Positions 44,519-54,150 of a DNA stretch of 64,000 nucleotides are shown here, piece after piece. Made by a program: the position numbers and the translations under genes. The stretch is from an uncultured Verrucomicrobiota bacterium (GTDB lineage Bacteria; Verrucomicrobiota; Kiritimatiellia; RFP12; UBA3636), in NCBI GenBank assembly GCA_937911295.1, contig CALDQE010000025.1:47750-111749 (forward strand). The letters are read 5' to 3'. How positions within the stretch are numbered: the stretch's first letter is position 1; every line of letters begins with the position of its first letter. The notes under the pieces are model-generated. The model was not told the DNA's origin. It did not search any database and saw nothing but the letters and a program-made list of their open reading frames with translations.

Positions 44519-46219
44519 ATGAAAAATAAAACACAGACGCTCGCTAGATACCCTCTTCTTGTACCCGCAATCATATTCTCAATAGGCACAGCAATTGGTT
44601 GTAGCCTATTTGTAAATCCATATCCATACTTATATGCGAGCATCGGCTGTTTTATTCTTTATATTTGCATACTGCCCTGGCTAAAAAAAATGCGCTGCGG
44701 AGAGCGATTAGGTTCATTTCTTATTTACCTAATATTGTTTATTACAGCCCTCGCAAATGCTATCTATACTAGGCAAGTTCAAGTATATGACTTTGAGACA
44801 ATTCTGGAAATCGCTGAAGAGCATAGCGATGCGACATTTGTGGGAAGAATCACAGAAGCCCCACGCCGTTTTACTACAAAACGCGGCACTGGTGGCGTTA
44901 GCTTCAAATTTAACATCTATGAAATACCTGATGATTTCGGTGGCATTCAAATCACACCTACTGAGCTAGATGTAGTCTGGTTTGGGCCAAAGACAATCGG
45001 CACACTTGAGTCATCTATCCCATTGGCTGTGCTAGGAGATGGGTGGCAATTGCATGGGAAACTTCAGCATGAGATTGATCGCTATGGGAATGACAAGCTC
45101 AAGTTAACCATTAGTGGCAATGACAAGCAATGCTTTAGGGTTGATAAATACGATTTACCATTCCCTCTATCAGCCTTATCCTCTATGCGTAGCTATGCCT
45201 CTGAGTTGCTTTCACTTGGAGAGTACGGGCATTGGCAAAACTCATCAATTGTAAAAACTATGGTATTAGGATATGGTACAGATATTCCATATAAAACACG
45301 CCAGATTTTTCAGCAATCTGGCACTGTTCATGTCTTCGCTATATCGGGCTTACATGTGGGTATTGTGGCAACAATCATTGTTATGGTGTTGTCAGTATTT
45401 AGATTAAATCCAATTCTTAGAACAGCGATTTTCTCAGCCATAATTATTGCATACACCATCGCTACTGGGGCAAGTCCAAGCACGGTTCGAGCCTGCATTA
45501 TGTCACTCATCTTTTACTCGTCCATTATTGTTGGTCGTCGCACTATGCTGCTAAGCACGATTGCAGCAACAGCAATAATAACTCAAGTAATTAACCCATT
45601 ACAAATTACAAACATAGGCTATATTCTTTCCTTTGTATGTATTTTAGGAATTGCGATATTTGCACCACCTTTTATTGGCTTAACGGAGCGGCTAAAAGAG
45701 TCGTTAGCAATGGCAATAGAGAGTCGCAGGATTCAGCGAGAGATAGAGCGTTCAAGCGATATAATTTCTGACCTTGAGCAAACAAAAAAGCAGAAGCGAT
45801 TCAGCTGGCTCAAAGAGAATTTTTTCATACGGGTATTCGTAGAAGCACTTCGACAAATACCGGAGGGATTTGCTGTTAGTTTAGCAGTTTTTATTGCATC
45901 AATTCCTGCTACTGGATATTTATTTGGGCAGATAACACCAGCCAGTATTTTTTGCAATATTTTAGTTATACCGCTTGCATTTTTCATTGTTGTAACAGCC
46001 GCATTATCAATGCTTTGCGGGATTGTTTCGTATGAGCTTGCGATAATTTTCAATTTAGCGAATGTAGCATTTACAGATTGGCTTGTAACGATTGCAGAGC
46101 TTGGTGCGGGGTTACCTGGAGCAACAATACAGCTCAAGGAGTGGACGCTTTCTGCAACAATTATATCTAGTGCGATAATTTTATTTTTAGCTTTGTTAAT
46201 TCGCCCTCTTAAGAGATAG
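44519..46219 (+). CDS. comEC: ComEC/Rec2-family DNA internalisation channel protein with no C-terminal metallo-beta-lactamase domain
   Basis: VHVFAISGLHVGIVATII is the competence-domain signature. The protein is polytopic and 566 aa long. Confidence 0.75.
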   Translation: MKNKTQTLARYPLLVPAIIFSIGTAIGCSLFVNPYPYLYASIGCFILYICILPWLKKMRCGERLGSFLIYLILFITALANAIYTRQVQVYDFETILEIAEEHSDATFVGRITEAPRRFTTKRGTGGVSFKFNIYEIPDDFGGIQITPTELDVVWFGPKTIGTLESSIPLAVLGDGWQLHGKLQHEIDRYGNDKLKLTISGNDKQCFRVDKYDLPFPLSALSSMRSYASELLSLGEYGHWQNSSIVKTMVLGYGTDIPYKTRQIFQQSGTVHVFAISGLHVGIVATIIVMVLSVFRLNPILRTAIFSAIIIAYTIATGASPSTVRACIMSLIFYSSIIVGRRTMLLSTIAATAIITQVINPLQITNIGYILSFVCILGIAIFAPPFIGLTERLKESLAMAIESRRIQREIERSSDIISDLEQTKKQKRFSWLKENFFIRVFVEALRQIPEGFAVSLAVFIASIPATGYLFGQITPASIFCNILVIPLAFFIVVTAALSMLCGIVSYELAIIFNLANVAFTDWLVTIAELGAGLPGATIQLKEWTLSATIISSAIILFLALLIRPLKR

Positions 46220-46295
46220 TAAGCCATCATTTAGACTTCGTAGTCTGCAAAAGCAAATAACACCCAAATTTTTCTATACTATATAATAAAGAGAC

Positions 46296-47831
46296 TTGAG
46301 TTTTTTGCACACTTATGCGATAATAAAGGAAACGTTTAAAACAAAGTACTTTAGTAAACTAATTATGGCGAAAGATTTTTGCTCCGCAATCACATATTCT
46401 GGGAGCTCTTATGCATGGGCAAAATGCACATGCAGCAAGGGTATTTTTTCCACTTCCTCAAGTGGAACGGTTGGTCCTACCCCAATAGAGCCTCAAGTAG
46501 TAGAGGATGACAACTCCTCCGCCTCTGCAGCTGTCGCAGACTACCAAAAAGAGTTGGCCCTCTATAGCAAAAAAGTCTCATCAAAGCTTGCAGACAAGAA
46601 TACTCTCTCAATTCCAACCTCTCGCTTAATTTTTAAGGTTGCCACTTTCCCATCTACTGACCCAGCAGAGATTCAGCAAATGGCTCTCAATGAATTTGAG
46701 CCACAATCCCCTGCTCCTATTGAAGAGATGGTCTTTTCCTTTGATCTACTAGAGCAAGTAGATGGCTCATCTAAAATTCTCTATGCTGCAGCGAAGGAAG
46801 AAGATGTACTTAGTCAGCTACTTTATCTTGATGTCACTCCAAAAAAAGTTGAACGCGTAGATGCTTATGTCTTGGGATTGGTACGCAATCTTATTGATGA
46901 AAACCAGCTAGCCTTAGAAGAGCGCAATGTTATTTTTGCATGCGAAGGCGATGCCTTAACAATGCTCGTCACTGATGGCAGGGCTCCTATTGCCATCCGC
47001 CACATTGGTAATGCCAGTGCCATTTCTAGCTTTGCTCTCTCTTCAAATATTAGCAAGACAATGCGCTCCGTAAATAGCGAATTTACTAAGCAGCCTATCG
47101 CAAAGCTAATCTTTGTTGACCTTCAGAATTCGCCAATAACCCTTCAGATAGAGAAAATTAAGCAAACCATCAATGCCCCTGAAGAGCTTATCCCAATAAT
47201 GCTTACGACTTCAGAAAAGCAAATTGCTGCTGACAATACACTCCCACTAATTGCTGTTGGTGTAGCAAAGCGCTCCTTTGATAAAAATGTGATGAATCTT
47301 TATCCAGGCACCTGGAAGGATGAGCTACAGCAGCAAAAGGCTAAAATTAGGAATATCTCGATTTTCTCTGCAATTATTTGTGTTTGGATTGCCTTAATTT
47401 GCTACCTATATGGCTACCCATACTTGATTACACAGAAAATCAACAAAGCAAATGCAATCTCTGAGAAGCTACATCCTGAGTCAAGTGCTGTCCAGGATTA
47501 TCGCAATCGCATCAATATTATTGACCGCTATTCTGATCGCTCTCACTCTCCTCTTGAGCTTTTACGCGAGGTCTGTATCTATATGCCAGAAGGAATTGAT
47601 TTAACACAATTTCGCTTTAGAGGTCCAGAAAAGCTTTTACAGATTGAAGGGCGTGCTACAACAACATCAATTATCTACGATTTTATGAACAATCTTAGAA
47701 GCTCAAAGCTCTTTGGCGAGAATCGCCTGACATCAGGACCTACCCACAACAAAAATCTTGGTAAGGATGTGTTTGAGCTAACAATAGCAATCGCAAATAC
47801 CACAGACAATCCTGTAGAAGGAGGAAACTAA
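46296..47831 (+). CDS. GspL-like / PilM-PilN-like fusion: a cytoplasmic actin-like domain, one TM helix, and a periplasmic domain
   Basis: The middle region is PilM-like (EIQQMALNEFEPQSPAPIEEMVFSFDLL). A TM helix, ISIFSAIICVWIALICYLYGY, sits near residue 350, and the C-terminal ~150 aa are periplasmic. Confidence 0.4.
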   Translation: MSFLHTYAIIKETFKTKYFSKLIMAKDFCSAITYSGSSYAWAKCTCSKGIFSTSSSGTVGPTPIEPQVVEDDNSSASAAVADYQKELALYSKKVSSKLADKNTLSIPTSRLIFKVATFPSTDPAEIQQMALNEFEPQSPAPIEEMVFSFDLLEQVDGSSKILYAAAKEEDVLSQLLYLDVTPKKVERVDAYVLGLVRNLIDENQLALEERNVIFACEGDALTMLVTDGRAPIAIRHIGNASAISSFALSSNISKTMRSVNSEFTKQPIAKLIFVDLQNSPITLQIEKIKQTINAPEELIPIMLTTSEKQIAADNTLPLIAVGVAKRSFDKNVMNLYPGTWKDELQQQKAKIRNISIFSAIICVWIALICYLYGYPYLITQKINKANAISEKLHPESSAVQDYRNRINIIDRYSDRSHSPLELLREVCIYMPEGIDLTQFRFRGPEKLLQIEGRATTTSIIYDFMNNLRSSKLFGENRLTSGPTHNKNLGKDVFELTIAIANTTDNPVEGGN

Positions 47832-47834
47832 GGC

Positions 47835-48374
47835 ATGAGTATGTCAACAAAGGATAAACAATTGCTTGTGGTAATTGCACTAATACTGCTCTTTGGCATA
47901 ACCCTCGCAAACTTTAGGAAATGTGCCGATAATATCGCTATTAAGCAACGCTCTCTCAAGACAGCAGAAGAAAATATCTCAATGCAAAAGGAGCTTATTG
48001 CAGCAAAGGATATTTGGGCTAAGCGATATGAAGACAAAAAGCCTTTAATGCCTGTCTTTAATGTAGACGACCAGGTGGACACATATTGGCTTAACATTAT
48101 GGACCTTGCAGCCGAAAGGCATGGTGTAAAAATTCGTAATCGCCACTCTGGCACAGAGACCAAGGTTAGTGATGTTTATGAATTTCCAATCGAGGTTAAA
48201 GATTGGGAAAGCGAGCTAGAACCATTTGTAAACTTTATGTATGCACTACAAGCAGAAGGGGCAATGCTTGATATTAGAACACTAACAATTACCCCAATTG
48301 CAAACAAGCCCGGTTTGTTAAAAGGCTCATTCGTCTTATATTGTGCATATATGCGAAGTGATTCAGCGGAATAA
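47835..48374 (+). CDS. PilO/GspM-like inner-membrane assembly protein
   Basis: An N-terminal TM helix, LLVVIALILLFGITLANF, is followed by a coiled coil and a small C-terminal domain. It lies between the GspL-like gene and the secretin gene. Confidence 0.4.
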   Translation: MSMSTKDKQLLVVIALILLFGITLANFRKCADNIAIKQRSLKTAEENISMQKELIAAKDIWAKRYEDKKPLMPVFNVDDQVDTYWLNIMDLAAERHGVKIRNRHSGTETKVSDVYEFPIEVKDWESELEPFVNFMYALQAEGAMLDIRTLTITPIANKPGLLKGSFVLYCAYMRSDSAE

Positions 48375-48400
48375 ATTTTATTTATATTTAGGGTGACAAT

Positions 48401-51184
48401 ATGAAAAAAAGAAATAACAACCTAATAAAATTCAAGACTGCACTATTTATTGCAGCAATCCTAACTCTAGGAGTAGCCATAGATGCTCACGCACAGGCAC
48501 CTGTTCCTGCAAATCCAAATACACCTAATACTCCAGACAGTCGCAGGTCTCCTACTGCAATTAGAAGAGGTGCCACAAATCCAGCAAACAATAATAATGC
48601 AAAGACTCCTGTTAGCAAAGGCGTAAACCAAAACCCTTCTGGTACTGCTCCAGCAATCCCATTTGATAAAAGCCCTAACGGCTTAAACTTCCAAGACGCT
48701 GCAGCTGATTTGCTAATCATGGACTATGCAATGCGCACTGGTCGCCTGGTTGTTAAAGACCCTGCCACCCCAACTCCACTGATTACACTTCGCTCTACTC
48801 CAGAATCTCCTCTTACTGATGAAGAATATCTACTAGCGATTGAATCTGTGTTAAACCTAAACGGTATCGCTCTTGAAAAGGATGGAGAGAAATTCCTGAA
48901 GGTATTTCCTAGCTCAGAGTTTCATCGTCGTGGTATTAAAGGAGACATCGTTTCCGATGTTACAAAAAAGGAAGCATTGCTTCCTGAGGATGGACGCTTT
49001 GTAACAAGAACCATTCGCCTAAATTACATTTCTATCGAAGAGGCAAAGGCAATTGTGGAAGGCTTTGTTCGCACTGGCTCACAAATTCAGACCTTTGAGC
49101 GTGACAATAGTTTTCGCATTACTGACTCTGTTGAGAATGTCAACCGCATCATTGAAATGTTCTCTCATTTAGATAAGCCAATTCCTGCATTGGAAGAGAC
49201 AAATATAATCAAAATCCAATATGCAAAGGCAACAGAGATTAAAGAGCGTTTGATGGAGATTGTTACAGATGCTCAAGAGGATCAAGAAAAGAATAAATCT
49301 GCAGCAACAGAGCGTACTTCAGGAGCACCTGGCACATACCATCGCCCACTTCCTCCTGGTGCCGGTGTTCCAGGAAATAGATGGAACAGAAATCAACCAA
49401 ACCAACAACAAGACAACAAGGCAGCTGGCAATGCTGCAATCGATGCTGCTGTTGCTGATGCACAGCGCGGTCTAATCCGTGGCAAGGTAAGTATTTTTGC
49501 CGATGAGCGTACAAATATTCTTATCATCATCACACGCAAAGAAAATATGGTCTTCTTCAATAAGCTTATCGAAGAGCTTGATATCGCAACTGCTCCAGAT
49601 GTGCTTGCAGAGGTAATTCGCCTAGAGCATGCTGTTGCAGAGGAGGTTGCCGAGCTACTTAATGAGTTAATTGATAATGCAAATAATGATTCGAACGACT
49701 CAAAGGTTCGTCGCAACGAGAATGCTAATAGCAATAACAATAATAATCAGCAGAATAATCGCCCACAAAGCACGACTACACGTAATAGAGCAACCTCTGG
49801 AATTAACTCACAAATGGTGGGTCAGCTTGACTCTGAAAATATAAAAATTCTTGCTGATGAGCGCACAAACTCCCTTCTTATTATGTCTCCAGCAGCTGAT
49901 ATGGCTGTAATAAAGAACATCATTAAGGATGTTGATATTCAGCTTTCCCAGGTTGTAATCGAAGCAGCTATTGTTTCTGTAAAATTCACCGACTCTCTTG
50001 AGACTGGTATGGATTGGGTTCAACGCACAATGCTATCTGGAGAAAATATTGCATTTGCAACCTCTGGTGGCGGTGGCACTGGTAAAGCTACTCCAGCACT
50101 AAATTTTGCAACCGATGCGTCTGGTCTAGCCGGCAGTGGCATCAATCTTGCAACAACCCTCTTTGATTTAAACCTAGATGTAATTCTTAAGGCTGTCAAG
50201 ACAGACTCTCGTTCTCGCCTTCTAAGCTCTCCTCGTATCACAACACTTGATAATAAGGAAGCTGTACTTACGGAAACCGAGCGTATCTACTGGAATGAAG
50301 GTACAACATACTATGACGACTCAAATCGCTCAAGTGACAATGTTAAGAGTGAGGATATTGGTATCAAACTAACTGTTACACCTCGTATCAACAAGAATGG
50401 ATTCATTAACCTGACTATTGAGCAGGAAATGCAAACAAATGAGGGCTACAAGCCTATCGCTACTGGCAATAACACAAGTGAATATCCTATGCTCAACACC
50501 CGCAAAATGGGAGCGGATGTTGCTGTCCAAAGCGGTGAGACAGTTGTCCTTGGTGGTTTAGCACAAAATCAAGTAACTATTGCCCAAACAAAGGTACCTA
50601 TTCTAGGTAGTATCCCTCTAATTGGTTGGCTATTCCGCTCTGAGAAAGAAGAAAATACACGCACAGAAATTATTGTGTTCATCACTCCTCGTGTAATCAA
50701 CACACCTGCACAGATAGAGGACGACGCACGCAAGGTTCGTGCAACCCTTGATACAGAAGGCGTATGGGACAGCGGTTGGTCATATAGTCGCCTTGCAGAC
50801 CCTAAGAAAGAAAAAGAGCGCGAAAAGTATATCGATAATTCTCGTAAAACAGTTGAAAAGCCAAAATCCCCTCTCTCTGGCTATCTAACTAATACAAACG
50901 AAGAAAATGGCTTTGATAATCCAGCTAAAGGTGAGAAAAACCCAGATGGCTCTAATACTGATTATCCATACATCCACTTCACCGAGGTAGAGAATCTCAA
51001 AGCATTGCCTAATGGCGTCGTTCTTCCTACTACCGAGAACGAAGCAGAAGTCTCTGAACCTGCTGAACCAGCAGAAACCAATGCTGAACCAACAGAGCAA
51101 AATGATGACTCTGCCACAAATGCTGAGCAAAATGTTGACGAAGCAATTCTTTCAATTATAAATTCTACTCCAGAAAACCAATAA
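48401..51184 (+). CDS. Secretin (PilQ/GspD family) with N/Q-rich low-complexity insertions
   Basis: The C-terminal secretin motif reads VVLGGLAQNQVTIAQTKVPILGSIPLIGWLFRSEKEENTRTEIIVFITPRVI. It has a signal peptide and secretin-N-like repeats. Confidence 0.85.
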   Translation: MKKRNNNLIKFKTALFIAAILTLGVAIDAHAQAPVPANPNTPNTPDSRRSPTAIRRGATNPANNNNAKTPVSKGVNQNPSGTAPAIPFDKSPNGLNFQDAAADLLIMDYAMRTGRLVVKDPATPTPLITLRSTPESPLTDEEYLLAIESVLNLNGIALEKDGEKFLKVFPSSEFHRRGIKGDIVSDVTKKEALLPEDGRFVTRTIRLNYISIEEAKAIVEGFVRTGSQIQTFERDNSFRITDSVENVNRIIEMFSHLDKPIPALEETNIIKIQYAKATEIKERLMEIVTDAQEDQEKNKSAATERTSGAPGTYHRPLPPGAGVPGNRWNRNQPNQQQDNKAAGNAAIDAAVADAQRGLIRGKVSIFADERTNILIIITRKENMVFFNKLIEELDIATAPDVLAEVIRLEHAVAEEVAELLNELIDNANNDSNDSKVRRNENANSNNNNNQQNNRPQSTTTRNRATSGINSQMVGQLDSENIKILADERTNSLLIMSPAADMAVIKNIIKDVDIQLSQVVIEAAIVSVKFTDSLETGMDWVQRTMLSGENIAFATSGGGGTGKATPALNFATDASGLAGSGINLATTLFDLNLDVILKAVKTDSRSRLLSSPRITTLDNKEAVLTETERIYWNEGTTYYDDSNRSSDNVKSEDIGIKLTVTPRINKNGFINLTIEQEMQTNEGYKPIATGNNTSEYPMLNTRKMGADVAVQSGETVVLGGLAQNQVTIAQTKVPILGSIPLIGWLFRSEKEENTRTEIIVFITPRVINTPAQIEDDARKVRATLDTEGVWDSGWSYSRLADPKKEKEREKYIDNSRKTVEKPKSPLSGYLTNTNEENGFDNPAKGEKNPDGSNTDYPYIHFTEVENLKALPNGVVLPTTENEAEVSEPAEPAETNAEPTEQNDDSATNAEQNVDEAILSIINSTPENQ

Positions 51185-51204
51185 CATACCGTGGGGAGAT
51201 TATT

Positions 51205-52008
51205 ATGAATATTAACGAAATTGAGGATTCCTTTTTTAAGCAATATCAAGCTAGCATACCTTTAAAGCAGCAGCTGGCTACTATTGTAAAGAGCTTCCCA
51301 TTATCTGGAAGAGCTTCTAAAACTTTTTTAGATATTGGTATGCCTAATCCCATCATGTCAAAGGAGCTACGCAAAGCTGGTGGTGCATGGTCAACAGCAG
51401 TTCGCTCTCCAAAGCTTCTTGAAGCAACCTCAACAATATTGAATGGGGAAAATATCGTTTGCTTAGGTATAAATGGAGAAATTCCATACCCAGAACACTC
51501 TTTTGACTATATTGTTGTTGCTCTGGATATGCTGGCAGCTATGCCATCAAAGGAAGCTTTTTTGAAAGAATGCCATCGCGTACTAAAGCTTAATGGAAGA
51601 CTTATTATTTCAATCCAAAACAAGCGCCCTCTTAGCATAATTTCTTTACTACGTAATAAGCTTGCATCAAAAATCAATGGCTTTTCTCCAATAAATATGG
51701 CAATGACACAAAAGGAAATGTTCCATTTGTTCAGCACTGGCTACAATGTTATCTCTTGTGAAAATTACTCAAAGTTTTTTACTGAAATAGAACGCATCAA
51801 GGAGTACAAAGCTTCTATCACAAAAAACTCAACCAAGAAATCTCAACCGCATTTTTGGCTCGCTAGCCAATTAGATTTCTTTGTTTTAGGTGGCAAAGGA
51901 TATATTTCGGTAATTACTGCAGAAAGAAGGCAGTGGAGAGAAAGAATTTCTCCTATTTTGGCAGATGGTAGAACAATGCAAGAGGCTGTTCTATCCCAAA
52001 AAATATAA
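51205..52008 (+). CDS. Class I SAM-methyltransferase-fold protein with a degenerate motif I
   Basis: FLDIGMPNP stands in for the usual LDxGxGxG. The post-I and motif II regions are intact: FDYIVVALDMLAAMP and RVLKLNGRLIISI. Confidence 0.4.
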   Translation: MNINEIEDSFFKQYQASIPLKQQLATIVKSFPLSGRASKTFLDIGMPNPIMSKELRKAGGAWSTAVRSPKLLEATSTILNGENIVCLGINGEIPYPEHSFDYIVVALDMLAAMPSKEAFLKECHRVLKLNGRLIISIQNKRPLSIISLLRNKLASKINGFSPINMAMTQKEMFHLFSTGYNVISCENYSKFFTEIERIKEYKASITKNSTKKSQPHFWLASQLDFFVLGGKGYISVITAERRQWRERISPILADGRTMQEAVLSQKI

Positions 52009-52044
52009 CCAGATTTGATAATATTTGAATTTAAAGTATTGATT

Positions 52045-52863
52045 ATGAAAAAATCCATAGTTTTAGCTTTATTTTGCACCTTAATTAGTGCTTCCTTTGC
52101 TAATGAGCTCCCAGCCTCATCCACCGCTACAGTTGCAGCCCCCTCTGCAATTAAACTCTTGCAAGAAACAGCACCTACGGACTCTATAAATTGGACTGGT
52201 TCTGAATTAATTCAGGATTGCATTCTTCGCTTCCCTACAGAGGAAATGCAGCTCGTCGGCAGACTCACTATGCGCCGTAGATACGGCATTGAAATGCTTG
52301 AATATGATTTCAATGCTAACATTTGTTGGGGTACACCAGAGCCTTATGCTACTTATAAATTTTATTCTCTAAAGGGTGAGCTACTTGATAATGTTACAAT
52401 TAAGCGCACAAAGAATGGGGAAATTACTCTTTCTCGCGATATGAAGACACCTCTTGGTGCTCAAATTCCTCCACCCAAAATGCATGAAAGAGTGCTTGGC
52501 TCCGATGTTACATGGATAGACGCAACGATGGATTTTCTTTGGTGGGAATCTCCTGAGCTAATTGGCGAAGGCGAGGTTAAAGGAAGAGATTGTGACATAA
52601 TAAAGCTTATCCCACCTGCTACAAGCAATAGTGATTGTGCATTTGGTAAGGTCTGGCTAGACAAGGCACAGCGAGTTTTGATGCAAGCCACCCAAAACGA
52701 TGAGGCAGGCAAGGAGCTACGCCGTCTTTGGGTTCGTGCTGTACAGAAGCTTGAAGTTGCAGAGGGCGATGAGCGTTGGGTAATCAAAGACCTAGAGGTC
52801 GAGACAACCGGCTCTGGGCATCGCACACGCCTACACTTTGACGATGTAAAAATCGTTCACTAA
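52045..52863 (+). CDS. Secreted protein, possibly a LolA-like lipoprotein-sorting fold
   Basis: I moved the start to MKKSIVLALFCTLISASFANE, which is a signal peptide. The C-terminal beta-rich region, WLDKAQRVLMQATQNDEAGKELRRLWV...WVIKDLEVETTGSGHRTRLHFDDVKIV, is LolA-like. Confidence 0.3.
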   Translation: MKKSIVLALFCTLISASFANELPASSTATVAAPSAIKLLQETAPTDSINWTGSELIQDCILRFPTEEMQLVGRLTMRRRYGIEMLEYDFNANICWGTPEPYATYKFYSLKGELLDNVTIKRTKNGEITLSRDMKTPLGAQIPPPKMHERVLGSDVTWIDATMDFLWWESPELIGEGEVKGRDCDIIKLIPPATSNSDCAFGKVWLDKAQRVLMQATQNDEAGKELRRLWVRAVQKLEVAEGDERWVIKDLEVETTGSGHRTRLHFDDVKIVH

Positions 52864-52928
52864 TCTAATCTTAGCTTTTATTGCTGAGCAGAGAATTATC
52901 TCAACACACTTTATAAACACATTCCAGT

Positions 52929-52956
52929 CACGGATATCTACATACCCGTATCCGTG
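52929..52956. terminator. Hairpin terminator between convergent genes
   Basis: cacggata-tctacatacccg-tatccgtg is an 8-bp stem followed by cttatttgtgt. Confidence 0.4.
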
Positions 52957-52957
52957 C

Positions 52958-54127
52958 TTATTTGTGTACGGATTTTGTTGCCTCACCTAACTCTTCTATA
53001 GCAATTGCGACATCGGCAAGCTTAAGCTCATGCACCTCTATTGCTGTGCCTATAGAGGTTGGCAATGTAATGTTTAGATTTCCACCCAGATGCTCCCGGA
53101 AATCCTCAATTCCCTTAAAAAGAAGCATCTCTCCATCCTCTGCCTTTGCCTTAAGCCAGTCACTATAAATTGGAAGCTGCAATGCCTTAAGCAATGCTAA
53201 TATCCTTGACGCTGCTTGTTCTGTAATTAGCCCCTGCATTCGTGCATAAACTGTATCTAATGCAATACCTATTGCAACAGCATATCCATGCCCTAACTCA
53301 TGACCACTTATTACCTCAAGACGATGTGCTGCCCAATGACCAAAATCCAAAGGACGAGCTGAACCAAACTCAAATGGATCTCCCCCCTTGCTGATTTGCC
53401 GCAGATGTATCTCTGCTGAGCGAGCAATCAACTTGCCTGCCACAGACAAATCCCTTGAACAAATAGCATCTATTGACCGCTCTAATTGCTCAAAAAAGTC
53501 GCCATCTCTAATAATAGAAACCTTTACTGCCTCAGCAAATCCACCAAACCAATCCTCGTCACTTAATGTCGCGAGGAAGGACAAATCATTTATTACCGCA
53601 AATGGAGGAGCAAAGCTCCCCATAAAATTTTTCTGTCCATTGAAATCAATTCCATTTTTCACGCCAACACCAGCATCATCCTGACCTAGCACTGTTGTCG
53701 GCATTCGAATCAATCTTGCACCTCGATGGAGAAGAGCAACTGCTAGCCCTATGGCATCAATCACACTGCCACCACCGACAACCACCACAAAGCTCTGTCG
53801 ATCTATGTGTAATTCGCCTAACTCCTTAAGCGTTGAGATAATAAACTCCGGATTATTTTTTATCTCAAATCCACCAGTAACAACCTTAACTGGTGCCACT
53901 AAATTTATTGTCTTTGAATGGCAGGAGCAATAGTGCTGAATTGAATGAATTAGTTGCTCTGTAGCTAATGCTGAATCAACATAAAAAACGACACGATGCC
54001 TTCGCCCCTCATTCAAACGCTCCAACGTTGAAACAAGGGTCAAATTCTCACTATCAAATACACAATCCGTAAATATTGTTGGGTAATTATAGCGAACAGA
54101 AAATTCTGTTGTTATCGTGTCGTTCAT
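52958..54127 (-). CDS. 3-dehydroquinate synthase superfamily protein (AroB-like, or a sugar-phosphate cyclase of the EEVS/DDGS/EboD type)
   Basis: VVVVGGGSVIDAIGLAVALLHRGARLIRMPTTVLGQDDAGVGVKNGIDFNGQKNFMGSF aligns with E. coli AroB [44 protein letters not shown]...GKNMIGAF. The metal-binding His pair HELGHG is present. Confidence 0.65.
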   Translation of the reverse strand: MNDTITTEFSVRYNYPTIFTDCVFDSENLTLVSTLERLNEGRRHRVVFYVDSALATEQLIHSIQHYCSCHSKTINLVAPVKVVTGGFEIKNNPEFIISTLKELGELHIDRQSFVVVVGGGSVIDAIGLAVALLHRGARLIRMPTTVLGQDDAGVGVKNGIDFNGQKNFMGSFAPPFAVINDLSFLATLSDEDWFGGFAEAVKVSIIRDGDFFEQLERSIDAICSRDLSVAGKLIARSAEIHLRQISKGGDPFEFGSARPLDFGHWAAHRLEVISGHELGHGYAVAIGIALDTVYARMQGLITEQAASRILALLKALQLPIYSDWLKAKAEDGEMLLFKGIEDFREHLGGNLNITLPTSIGTAIEVHELKLADVAIAIEELGEATKSVHK

Positions 54128-54150
54128 AATATATTAAAAAGGGGTGAGGA

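Noticed and set aside
49260-50241. Multiple small ORFs on both strands inside the secretin gene.
   Set aside because: They come from the N/Q-rich low-complexity coding region, so they are spurious.
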